A stretch of 57,874 nt of DNA, the filler included, from Jimgerdemannia flammicorona (taxonomy: Eukaryota): the NCBI GenBank assembly GCA_003990765.1. It is 2 parts of 2 records of this genome, joined end to end, with 100 filler letters (N's around TTAATTAATTAA, not from the genome) between each part and the next. Parts side by side here need not be neighbours in the genome. Positions count along the whole stretch, not along the records: positions 1 to 28,891 come from RBNJ01000536.1; positions 28,992 to 57,874 come from RBNJ01000537.1. One strand, 5' to 3'. The notes under the pieces are model-generated. The model had not been told where the DNA came from and did not search any database. It saw nothing but the letters and a program-made list of their open reading frames with translations. Position numbers and translations under genes: made by a program. Below are positions 26,316 to 38,700 of the stretch, piece after piece (the first letter of the stretch is position 1; every line of letters starts with the position of its first letter).

Positions 26316-27040
26316 GTGAGAAGGTCGGTTGGGAGTTGGTGGTGGAGGAACATGTCGAGGTGGAACGAACGGACATCAATTGAGCGGGAGGGTCACTAGC
26401 GTTATCGCTCAGGAAGTTCCTAATCAATCTTTGTTCTCCTCCCCATTTACATTTCCCGTACCGCATCAACAAAGACAAGAGTACGACTCCGCACGGAATG
26501 TATGATCCGTATCAGCCAAATTCCTCCTCTACTCCGTCAGTCGCCGCTATATGGGGCTTGTTTCTCATGTGTGTCCGTCCTTTGTACATCGACTCCTGGT
26601 TTCTTTTCTTTTGTCTGGTTTACCCCTCGTTGTGCGTACATCATATTCATTGCGATGTTAGCCAACCTTTCTCCTTGAATTACACCCTTCGTATGTGTCG
26701 TTCTTCACTATCGATGCCAATAATTAATGAATAATACAGCTCTATGTGGTGAGCAGTTCTATGTACGCTTGGCGAGCTTTGGTGGCGGGTATCCATAACA
26801 CGGATGCAAATTGGTGGGGTGGGGTGAAACATATTCGTCCGTTTATTCGAAAAGGCGAAAGAAGAGCAAGTGATCTTTCCTTCTATGCACCCAAGCACCG
26901 GTTTACATGTTGCCTCTATGTTTTGTTTTACAAGCGAACCTCTCAAACAAGGTTCCAGCGACTGAGGCAGGTCGGGAACATACTTGTAGCCTACTTACAA
27001 ACCCAACAGAGGCTGGCGTACAAAAGCGATATGTGGTGAT

Positions 27041-27080
27041 CTCTACACGGTGACAGTGAGCTCTACACGGTGACAGTGAG
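27041..27080. repeat. Exact 20-bp tandem duplication
   Basis: CTCTACACGGTGACAGTGAG occurs twice. Confidence 0.9.
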
Positions 27081-27192
27081 GGTAAGAAGGCAACCGCACC
27101 AACATAAGTCTACTGTACAGGGCGGACTGCATCTCCGGTGGAGAGTACCTTGGAGATGGATATAGGCTAACCTATTTATTAAACAAAGATGC

Positions 27193-27198
27193 CACGTG
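27193..27198. promoter_or_regulatory. CACGTG E-box upstream of the F-box gene
   Basis: 76 bp upstream of ATG 27269. Confidence 0.5.
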
Positions 27199-27268
27199 AT
27201 TAGGGCAGTGACGTGATAGTATGCATCATAAGCACGCCACCCCTTTACTGTCGCCCTCCTCTTCAACC

Positions 27269-28755
27269 ATGGCTTCCAAACCGGCAAACGGCAAGTCCGT
27301 CCTGGAGCCACTCACTAAGGAGCCTCTGTCCCTGCCTCCAGAGCTTGTACGCGAGGTTCTCAGCTACCTCGCCATCAACCAAATAAAGGTGCCCCTTGAC
27401 CTGCTGGCCTGCTCCATGGTCTGCAAAACCTGGTATGCCGAGGCCTGTGTCCTTACCTACGACGACAGTTTCCGAAACATTTACTTCAATAATAGCTACA
27501 ATGATCTTGAGCTGAGACGTGCTGCCGAATTGCTCGCCGAATCGCGCCGTCTCGGCCTCATCCATTGCAACTTCATACGGGGGATAGTCATCAACCTGGC
27601 TATCTTCGAGCCCAACAGACGTGAGCTATCCGTCTCTTCACCTGTTGTAATGATTCCTGTGAAGCGTCGCGTCTTGTGATTGACATTTAAGTCGCGCCAA
27701 TCCTTCCAAAAAAAAAAACCGTTGATGCTTTAGGTCCCTACACAGTATCCATCGACGTACCCGAGGGCGACACCGACGACGCGATCGCCTCTATCTTCGA
27801 GTTGTCCCCCCCGAACTTTACCCGGCTCTACATCTCATACATTGGCGTCCGTATCACAGAACCCTCCGTCATCCAACGTCTCTCCCGCTTCGTCGACCGC
27901 GTCGCCCCCTTCTGCAAAATCACCTCCCTCTACCTCAAAAACGAGTTGCTCATGGATGGCATCTACTACGTCGTCCCCGACTCGGTCAACCATCTCATTT
28001 CCGCCGCCTCCCAGACCCTCTGCACCCTCAACCTCCACCACGTCTCCCTAAACCCCAGCACGCAGGCCGCCCTGCGCCGCTGCACCGGCATGCGCGAGCT
28101 CGTCCTGAACCAGTCCCAGCTCAACGACTTCGTCCCTGTTCTCCCCTCGTGGCCTGAGCTGCGCAGTTTCAACTGCTCCCTCGGCTACTACCGCTACCTC
28201 CCCATTGACGAGGGCCTCGCCGCCCTCGCCGCCTCCTGCCCGAAACTCTCAGAGTTCGGCCTCAACGCCATGCGTTGCGAAGACTTTGACGACATCGTCT
28301 CAGTAGATTCCCTCTGCGCTCTCCTCCAGGCCTGCCCCGCACTTACCACCTTCGGCGTCGGCTGCCACTCCGCCATGGGGGACGCCATGCTGCGCGGGTT
28401 GGTCGCGCATGGCGCGAAGCTCACGAATATCGAGTTGGAGGGAGAGTGGGAGATGACGGAAGAGGCGGAAGTGGAGGCGGAGGAGGAGGAAGAGGAAGAA
28501 GGTGGACAGCAGCAGGAGGCGTTGTGGCCCGAGTTACAGTTGCTGTCGTTAAACGGATGCGAGGAGATCTCAAAATCATTCGTGGAAGGGGTCCTGCGGT
28601 CGTGCGTAAAGCTTGCCTCTGTCAGATTACCGCAGGACGTAGACGTTGATGACGGTTGGAGAACTTGCATGATGAAATATGGATTCCAGTACGATACCTC
28701 GAAGTGTCACCCGGTCATCGGGCCAAATAGCCCTAGATGGGTTAGATCTCTTTAA
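27269..28755 (+). CDS. F-box / leucine-rich-repeat (RNI-like) protein, 2 exons (27269-27620, 27734-28755)
   Basis: F-box LSLPPELVREVLSYL...DLLACSMVCKTWY. LRR-like units (SCPKLSEFGL, ACPALTTF, WPELQLLSLNGCEEIS, SCVKLASVRL). Confidence 0.88.
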
Positions 28756-28848
28756 TGTCGACGACGTATAATTCGAAAAGAAACGACCTGGTTGAGATAT
28801 ATTGCAAAACGCATAGAGTTTGTGCTGTACAGCAGATTAGCAGGTTTT

Positions 28849-28888
<40 letters not shown>

Positions 28889-28891
28889 AAA

Positions 28892-28991
28892 NNNNNNNNN
28901 NNNNNNNNNNNNNNNNNNNNNNNNNNNNNNNNNNNTTAATTAATTAANNNNNNNNNNNNNNNNNNNNNNNNNNNNNNNNNNNNNNNNNNNN
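28892..28991. other. Artificial 100-nt contig linker (N44-TTAATTAATTAA-N44)
   Basis: Symmetric N runs around a six-frame stop palindrome, flanked by homopolymer contig ends. Confidence 0.95.
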
Positions 28992-31900
28992 CCCCCCCCA
29001 CTAGTCTATCTCTCAAATCCTCCCACCACTCCCAAATACCAGTTCTCCTGCCCCTTACTCCCAAATTATTCCCAACAGTTTGCCAAAAGTCACTAAGTAC
29101 CTCACACTCCCCTAGCCAATGTTCAGGCATCTGAATATAACTCCCTTTCTGTCCTACATTATAGCACTCCTTGCAGTCAAAATAACCCCCCTCAATAAGG
29201 TGATCTGAGCAGTAATTGAGTATGATATTTCTCCTCAGCATGTGCCACCAAGTCATCCAGTACTTTGGTGGCATCTATCTTCTCACCTCAGCACTTTATG
29301 TCCAAATGCTATACCATTCCCACTCCTTACCAATTTCTATACCTTGCCAACCACTAGGCCACAGATTCTGGCCCAGTCCCCTCTAGCAGTCTATCTCATC
29401 ACTAATGTCAAACTCAAGCAATGGGATGCCACCCAGCAGCACTCAGTCCTATCTTCACATCACCAGGTCCCAATCCTCCTCTCCTTTATTCCTCTACCAA
29501 TGGATCCCAATATGGTGCACCCCCTCCACTATCCCCCACCAGAAGCCTTTATATCACAATTGATTAGTGTTCTGAAGTCCAACCAAAGATAGGAGATCAC
29601 CAGTTGAGTCTCTTGGCAAGGACTGCCTCTTCCAAACCTTCTGCAATAGGGGAACCCAACCACCCCCTCTCAATTCCATGGCTCTCTTCAACCACCAAAC
29701 TCTCAAGCAGTGTAGCCTCTTTGGAAAGTCAACCAGTCCCAGTCCACCACTCACCACTGGTAAGGACAAGACCTCCCAGCTTATCTGACTCCTCCTTCCA
29801 GCCCAGATCTATCCCTTGGTAAGCTTCATTAGCCACTTTACCACCCAGGATGGGAAGTCCAGATGATATACCAGATACCATAACTTTGGTAGTCAGTAGA
29901 TGTTCAAAATTATCACATGTCCTGCCAGGGTCAATTGATGGCCCCCCCAACTCCACAGGGCCTCCCCCCAGATGCCAACCCACTGCTTTCACCAAAGCCT
30001 GGGTAGTACTGACTCATATACCAACAGATAGATACCCAAGTACTGCACTGCCTCACTAGCAGGGATGATTGTTCCAATAACCTCCCCACCCACCAAACCA
30101 TTGCCTAACACTATTGTTTCACACTTATGCCAATTAAGTCTTGTCCCAGAGTTCTTCTCATACCACTCCACTGTCTTCTTAAGCTCCTCGATATTAGCAA
30201 TTAAACCCAGTCTGACCACCATGTCATCCACAAAGGCCCCTATCTTCCACCCAATACCAAAGATAGAGAGCCTCACTATCTTCCACCTGATTCTATCCAA
30301 TAGTGGTTCCAGAGAAAGGGCATACAAAATGGGGGACAATGGGTCCCCCTGGGGCACCCCCCTCCCCAGGGGAAAAGCCACCCCTCAATGTCCATTATAT
30401 ATGAGTGCTGCCCTACTCCCTTCCAGTAGACTGACTATTTCTGACTGGAACTGGTGCAGGACCCCAGCCCTATCCAAAACTTTCACCAACTAGACTCACC
30501 TCACCCAGTCATAAATCTTCTCCTGGTCTAAGAAGACCAGGCACCCATCCAATCCACAAGCTTGTGCCCCTTCAATAACTCTATATACCCAGGCCATGCC
30601 ATCCCAAATGAGCCATCCCCCTACAAAGCTCCTCTACTCAATGCCCAAGATTTGCTGTGCCACCTTTTGTAGCCTCGCAACCACTACCTTAGTAATCAAC
30701 TTCCTGTCTATATCCAAGAGCATAATTGGCCTCTAGTTCTTCCAGTCCTCTCACCTTCCTTTGTTCTTGTAGAGCAATGTCACCAATCCCAGATCCTGTT
30801 CCCCCACCCATCTCCTTGTCTGTAGAATAAGATCACACAATACCATCATCTCACCCAGTACTCCTGAGATCCTGACCATCTTCTTCCATAAATCCCAGAG
30901 CAGACCATCTTCTCCAGGTGCTATATCCAGTGTTGTTGCAGTGAGAACCTGGTGGATCTCCTCCTCTTGGACTGGCAACACCAAGTCACCCATCCTATCT
31001 ACTTGTGGGGGTTACTAATCTTCTAATACATAGCCAATTGCATTGGCATCTACCCCACCCTCCTCCTCACTCCACAATCTACTCCAGTGCTCCTTTAAAG
31101 ATCCAAGAATGTCTTGAATATCATGGACCAGGACACCATCAGAGTTGAGCACCCCCTCCCACCTTTGTTGCACCCTCCTTACCCAAAGGGCCCTCATGAG
31201 AAACTTAAAGGGCCTCTCCTCTTCCTCCAAATCTTATCAACATAGCCTAGCTACTAAGCCCTTCACCCTTGCTTCTTTCTCCTCCCACAGCATCTGTTAT
31301 AGTTCACCAATCTCCTTTTTTACCCTTATAGACCTCCAATTCTCCTCTCTCTCCAATGTCACCTGTCTCACCCAATCTCCTAAGAGCCTAGATAGTCTAC
31401 TAGAAGTCTATCTCACCTTTTGCCTCCTCTGTTTCCCAGTCTCCTTGCCAGCATCACTCCAGTATACCTTAGCCATCTCCTTCATCCTCATCTACCAAAC
31501 ACCAACTGGGATACCTTCCTACCTCCAATACTCTACCCATAGCTGAATGTCTGCAGCCCACCCATCCCACCAGATCCTATCATCTAATAAGGAGGAATTG
31601 AGATGTCAATGTCCAGGCCCATCCCCACTCCCCCCAAACTGACCCTGTCTAAGAATCCCCCAATGATCTAACCAAGGATACCATTCCACCTCTAGTGATC
31701 TCCAAATATCCAAACTCCAGTAGCTGGCCATCAGAATCCAATCAATTCTTATTCCCAAGCCTCCTGCCCAATGCATGTATACCCTCCTATTCCCCCAGCA
31801 CTTCCTACCTGTATCCATCAGAGCACTCAGCCTTTCTACTTCCTCTCATGCCACCAGCCCTCCACTCTGACCCTCAACTCCTTGTCCTCTATCTGTTCTG

Positions 31901-34482
31901 TCTAACAGCACCTCACGAACCATATTAAAGTCTCCACCCAGTATATCCAGCCCAGCCTCTATAAGTATCTCACTCTCTTGAAGACCCTTCACCCAGTCCA
32001 CATGCTCACCCCATACAGCAGGGCAGTAACAAGATCTCACTGTAATTGGCTCCCATCCAGTACATATCCACTCACCCCAGACCAGTCTATTCCCTCAGCT
32101 CTGCATATCCCTTATCTCCCCTCTGCCTTTCCATATCAGAATCCCAACCTTGCCCATCCAAACTGCCCCACCTCTTCATTCCTTTATCTATTCCAGTTTA
32201 TCTAAATCATCTTTATACCTAATATCCTGTAAGAGGAAGAGATCGGCCTCCAATTCCTTCAGCCAAGTAAAAATATTCCTTCATCAAGAAGTACTCCATA
32301 ACTCATTTATGTTCAGTGAAAAAATATTGGTTATACTATTCATATCAAAGTATAGTGTATTTATCCAGTCCATCCCTACTGCTCTAAGTTCATCTCTTCC
32401 TGCACCATGTCCAGATTATGTTCTGCATCTACTGCCTCCTCTTCAGCCCTCTGAGCCTCCAATCTAGTCAACAGCTCATTCATCTCTCCATCCACCTTCT
32501 CCTCAAACTCCTCTCAGTATTCTAGGCAGACCTTCTGCCAGAGCTGCAACCTATATCACTTGGCCCAACAGTACTTGGCCCTCTCACCAGCAACCCCTGC
32601 TAGTTTGGCCTCTTACTCCTTATCCACCTCATACTCTTCCTCCTCCAGATATACTGCAAGGATCTCTGCCTTCAATGCCAACTCCACACCATCTCCCTGC
32701 AATACCTATGCCCAATACTCATCACTCATTATCCTTAAGTCCACCTCTCCAAGCTCTTTAGCTGCCAGGTTATTAATTATTCTGCACATCCAAAGTAGAT
32801 TTCCCACCTTCTTTTCTCCTGGAGTCACCAGTCTTCCACCATCCAATATCATGATATCAGCCTCAGCACTTACAGCCTCATCCTACACCTCTGGGACATC
32901 CACCAATTCCTCCTCTCTAACTGCCACCACCTGTCCCCCATTTGCTACCTCAGGTATACCAAATTGCACTTGCTGGGCCCCCTTTATTGGCACATCCTCT
33001 CCTGCCCTGCTCTGGTAAGCTGGCCCTCACCTGATGAGAGGGGTAGGGGTAGGCAATCTCTCCCAGTCCTCCTCCCAGACCTCGAGTGTACCATCAGTAT
33101 ATGAGTCACTACCAGCTGCTTTCCTGTCCTCCTCTGTCCCCTTCCCTGTACTCCCACTCTTCTTGCCAGCCCAGACACTCACCTTGGTACCCCCTGGTTC
33201 CACCATTCCACCTGCCTCCTTCAGCAGTCATCTCTCTATCTTAGCCAGTAACTCCTTCTAATGTTTACAGCCCTGAGCTTTTTCTCATTATCCCTTGTCC
33301 ACTCTGATCCTCTTCCCATCCACCACCTCCAAGTGTGTTGACTCCACAAAGGACCTCCAAGCCTTTATCTGCTGTTCCACTGCTCCACTCAGCTCTTTTA
33401 GTACCTCTAGTAAGTCCTCTTCCTCCTCCTTGCTTCCCTTCACTCTTGTCACCTTGCATAAAATTGCCCCCCAGACCATCACCAAAGGCCAGTCCCTCAT
33501 CTTCTCTGTAGCTTCTTTCCCTACCAGCCAAATCTGCACATCTACATCTCTAGTCCTGAGTGAGGTTTCTTCCCAGACTCTGAACCTGATATCTACTATC
33601 TTGCCATACTCCACCATGACCTCCTTGACTCTCCTTCTCATCTTCACTGTTGTCACTATGGGCACTCCTTTCACCAGCAGTTGGACCACTCTGGGGTCCT
33701 ATTTCAGACAGTACACCATCAGGATATATACCTCCCCAACAATCAATTCAATCTTCAGTACTTCCTCCAGGACCTCAGCCTCTTCAAAACCCACCTTTAC
33801 TCTCTCTAATCTCTTCAGGAACTTCACAGATACTGCTCCAGCCATCTGCTTAGCGATAAGCCCCAGTACCATTTTTGCCATCACTGCCAGGCCCTGGAAT
33901 CACAATATCACCATGAATGCTGAGATTGATTTCTTGAGTAATGGCATCACCACCAGGTCTGTCACACCATCTGCCAAATCTCTCTGCCTTCCAAGCCTCA
34001 GTTGCTCAGCCATGCTATCAGTTATCACATCAGGATTTTTTTCCAGATTGGCAGTCCTGTCACTATCAGCCATCACACCCCCCACAGCCACTACTCCCCC
34101 AGCTTCACTGCCCTCACCCTCAAGTGCTACTCCCTTGTAAACTATTGTCAGCTCCATCTCCTTGCCTTTCTTCAGCCAACTCTCCAGCTCTGTCATCTAC
34201 TGCCTCTCCTTCACTGTCTCTGCAAAGCTCACTCTCCCAGACCCCTGTCCTCTACTGCTGCCTCTACCTCCTCCTCATCCTCCTGCCAACAGCCCTCTCA
34301 TGTCACCCCCCAGGCCAGGACCTCTCCCCACCTGCTGCCAGTCGAATGTGCTAGGGCTGCCCTGCCCAGTATGTACCCCAGAATGCTTGTTGTTTGCCAT
34401 TTCCTTATTACCTTTCTCCAATAAACGACTTGAGAGTGTGTTGTAAAGTGTGTGTAATGTGAATGTTAGCTGAGAAAGGTCA
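28992..34482 (-). mobile_element. L1/Tx1-type LINE, decayed (ORF1 ~34400-32385; ORF2 APE-RT ~32343-28992)
   Basis: ORF2 starts MNSITNIFSLNIN; ILGGDFN, RIDWIL, PWLDH, APGEDGL, GVPQGDPLSPILY, AFVDD, YLGI, C-terminal CKEC...PEHWLGEC. Many stops. Confidence 0.92.
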
Positions 34483-35406
34483 GTATTGTCTTGATATATT
34501 ATAGGCTATGTAGAGAGTCACTGACCTTGGGTATCAAGTGCCTAGTATAGGATATCTGCAGGTCCTTAGTATCTATAATGGGGCTCTCTAACTTTGGCAA
34601 GCTTCTTAGTGAGCATGATTCTAGTATAGGTAACTGTTTTTTGGGGTATTATTGGGATAGGAGGGGAGATAGTTGTTATAGATAGGAGGAAGAGTGATAA
34701 TAGTAAATCAGTAGAGTGTCAGGCTGGGGGCAGTTATTGGGGCTGGGGTAGGTACTGCTTCAGTGGGGTCTTTTGATTAGTATAGAGTAGTTAAGTAGTA
34801 GGTATCACTCATGACTTCTTTTGGCAATATGTGGGGTTAGGCCCCAGTTGTTAGAGAGAGTTAGGAAGCCTGAGGCTACCTATTTCAGGCATCTTGACTG
34901 CACTCAACTAGAATCAGAAGCTGATATAACAATGTGATTGAGGCCTATAGGCTTGAGTAGTAGGATATTGGGGGTCTTTTTCTACCTTATGTACAAGTCC
35001 TTTACTTATCTCATCTGAGAGAATTAGGTCCTATCTATTATAATATACTTTGATGAGAGTTTTATCTTTATCTGTCATTCTCCTTAGAGTAGCAGGAGCT
35101 ATTCTATTTAGCTCAAGTATGGTCTTATACATATATTGGAGCTTTGGGTATATGCTTTTAGTCATGGTATATAGTTGAGATCTCCCTGATGGTAGAGAGA
35201 GTATGGTATATAGAATGAGGTATGAATCACTATAGGCTCTACTGTACCTAGTATAGTCAAGTTGCTAAATAATAGCTAGCTTATATTAATGAGAGAGCAG
35301 TGCTTGATGGGTAGTAGGGGAGGGTTTTGGCCTATATAGTCTAGATTCCCTTTTAATAAAAATCCACAGAACTCTGAGTCTATAAAAAAAAAAAAAAAAA
35401 AAAAAA
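34483..35406 (+). mobile_element. Poly(A)-tailed non-LTR retroposon copy 3 (5'-truncated)
   Basis: Collinear with ~6513-7437. AATAAA followed by poly-A at 35384-35406. Confidence 0.88.
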
Positions 35407-35447
35407 TATACTTTTCATCCAATTCCATAAAAAATCTTCTCTCTCAC

Positions 35448-35701
35448 ATATACTTTTAGTTATTAGTATATGGCTGATTTCTCCCTAGTGGTAGGAAGAG
35501 TATGGTATATAGAATGAGGTATAGGCCACTATAGGCTCTGCTGTATCTGGTATAGTTAAGCTACTGAACAATAGCTAGTCTAGGTTTAATGAGGGAGTAG
35601 TGCTCAATGGGTAGTAGGGGAGGGTTTTGGTCTATATAGTCGAGGTTCCCTTCCAATAAAAATCTACAGGACTCTGAGTCCATAAAACAAAAAAAAAAAA
35701 A
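35448..35701 (+). mobile_element. Poly(A)-tailed non-LTR retroposon copy 4 (3' ~250 bp)
   Basis: Repeats 35149-35406 and ends in AATAAA...poly-A. Confidence 0.85.
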
Positions 35702-38700
35702 CCTCCTTCCCCCCCTCTCTCCTCTTTTCTCACCTCTCTAGAGGGTCATTAATCCCCCAGTGACTCCAACCCTCCTTCTACTCTTCCTGCAAATATACTC
35801 TATAAGTCTCCTATAGAGTCTCCCTTCAGGTCCCCACCCCTATTACTAAATATTCAGAATATCTAGTAATAATTATAACTTATGCCCCAAGTATCAAATG
35901 CTGACCATTCTCAAACATATAAAGCCAATGTCCAACAAGTCTAATAGTCAATCACTCATCTCCCACCCCTTCTATCAGCCTCCTCTAGAGATCACCCCAT
36001 CTCCTGCCCTCCATTTCTCCAAAAGGTTGTACCTCTAGCTAATCCTCTATTGCCCTCCAAAAGTCTCTCATAACTTTGTACTCCCCCAGCCAATGCTCAG
36101 AGATCTGTACTACTCTACTCTCTTGCCTAACATTAAAGCACACCTCATACTCCAAGACACCCCCTTCTATCAAATATCCTGACCTATAATTCAGTATCAT
36201 ATTACACTGCAAGAGCCTCTACCATACTACTCAAAATTTAAAAAGAAGCTATCTCACCACTTGCTTACTCCAAGACCAAATACTATTATAGTTTCACTTC
36301 TTGCTAATTCCTATCCTCTGCCAGATCTCAGACCACAAATCTCTTCAATACTTCTACAGATATTCTAAGCCATCCTTTAAATAAAAATCATTTACTGGTA
36401 TACCCCCTAATAGAAGATAATCCCACCTTTACATCTGGGGCCCCCAGACTTCTTCCTTCTTATCACTCTACTATCTGAGTCCAATTTAATGAGCATCATT
36501 AACCACTCTCCACCAGAATCTCCTATAGTATATCTTTCAGCTCCCCTCCAGTACCATCAGAGAGAGCAAGTTACCAGTCATACTCTGGGGAGAGAAACAA
36601 ATCTCCTATACCCTCTGCATAAGAGGTACTCACTCTCAACCTCTCAACTCACTAGCTCACCTCAGCCACTATATTCTCAAGTATGCAGGTACTTGGTAAA
36701 GTCTACCAGATCTAGCCCTTCTCTGTCTACCAGCAATGTCAACATCTCTCAGTCAATCTAACTTCACTATCCTGCTCATATTCATGATCTGGCCATCTTC
36801 AATAGTCTCCTAACCACCCATACTGAGAAGTCTAAGAAATACCCCAGATACCATAACTTAGATAGCTAATATATATTCAACAACATCATCCTTTCTATTA
36901 GAGAGACATATCAACTATCTCATCTTGAGAGCATCTCTTTACTCAATCAGTTGCTGCTTCTACTATCTCTGAGATAACAGAGAACTATATACTGAGAAGT
37001 CAATCTCTATGTATCTAACTACTTTCTCTGCCAGAACAACTGTTTTAATTATATCCTCTCCTACTATTTCTTTACCTAAAACCAGAGTCTCATATGTACT
37101 TGTACTAGTTGAGCTTAGGGTCTGAGTACCCCTCATACTATTCCACTACACTCTTCAGTGCTGCCACATCCTCCTCAGAGCTCAGTCTGACCACTATATC
37201 ATTAGCAAAGGCCCCCATCTTCTAGTTTACTCCCAGAATATTCAACTCCCCCACTCTGTGCCATATTCTGTCTAACAATGGCTCCAGAGAGAGGGTATAT
37301 AGAATTAATGACAGTGGGTCTCCCTGTGGCACTCCTTCACTCAGAGGAAATGACTCTCTCTTATATCTATTTACTATAATAGCTACCAGACTCCCCTCTA
37401 ATAGACTGATCAATGATCTCCTAAACTCTGGGTAGACCCTTATTTGCTTCAACACCCCCTCTAGCTATATATACTAGACTCTGTTATAAGCCTTCTCTTA
37501 GTCTAGAAATACTAGTTGATCATTAACCCCAGCAGTATGAGCTTCTTCAATAATACTATGGATCTATGCTGTCCTATCTCTTATCAAATGAACTCTGACA
37601 AAGCCCCTTTGCTCTGTCTCTAATACCTGCTGAGCTACTCCTTATAACCTAGTTACTAAAATCTTTATCACCAATTTGCAATCTATATTCAGAAGCATGA
37701 TCAATCTTTAGTTCTTCCAATTCTCCCTCCTCTCTTTATTCTTATATAGCAGAGCTATAAGCCCAAGTACTGCCCCCCAATTCAGGTCCCTGAGTTAATA
37801 ACTTCATCATACATCTATGTCATCTTCTTTAGTACCACCTTTACACTGGCCATTTATTTTCAAAAATTCCAAGACAGTTCATCCTCTTCTGATACTATCT
37901 CCAGACTCATTAATGCTAAAACCCTACAGATCTCCTCTCTTTAGACAGAACCTCCAAGATTATCTAGACCCTCTGCTAAGTCTAAATATCAAGCCTCCAG
38001 ATGCCATTTAATATTTAGTACATCTTTACCACCTTCTTCTTCACTCTACAATCATCCCCAATAAGACCTCAGTTAGCCTAAGATCTCTGATATCTCAATC
38101 ACCATATTACCTGCCTCATCCAATACTCTTTTTTGCTGTACCTCATCCTTCTTACCTAAAGTAGCCTTGACAGAAACTTTGTAGGTCACTCCCCCTCCTC
38201 TAAGCTCTGCTACCACAAATAGGCTACTATTCTCTTTATCTGCAATTCCTCCTCCTGCCTAAGCAGTCTCTGCAATTCTTCCATCTCTTACTGGATCTAT
38301 TGAGCCCTTCAATCTCCTTTCTCACTACTATCTAAGAATCCTGCCCACCTCTCCAAAAGTCTCTCCAACCTCTGTAAGGCCCACTTTATACAACTCCTCC
38401 TCTGAGCCCCCCTCTCTCTCTCAGTCTTGCCTCATAACTACTAAGCATCAGATTTCAAATACTGCTAATAATCCTCAATCTCCAGCTCCTGTATCCTTCA
38501 GCTAATAATTCTAGTACTAATATCTACTACCTACTCATTCTATAAGATGTATTCTCTCAGAAATGAAGTATTCAAACACTAATATCTAAATCCCTTCTCA
38601 CTTTTCCAAATCTCCCACAGCCCAACAAATCCCAGTAGTCAGACTAAGAATACTAAACCATCTTAAGAGAACTTCAGACATCTACTCTCCAGTACTCAGC

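Noticed and set aside
33295..34140. 281-aa Ser/Thr-rich plus-strand ORF
   Set aside because: Antisense shadow of the purine-rich LINE ORF1.
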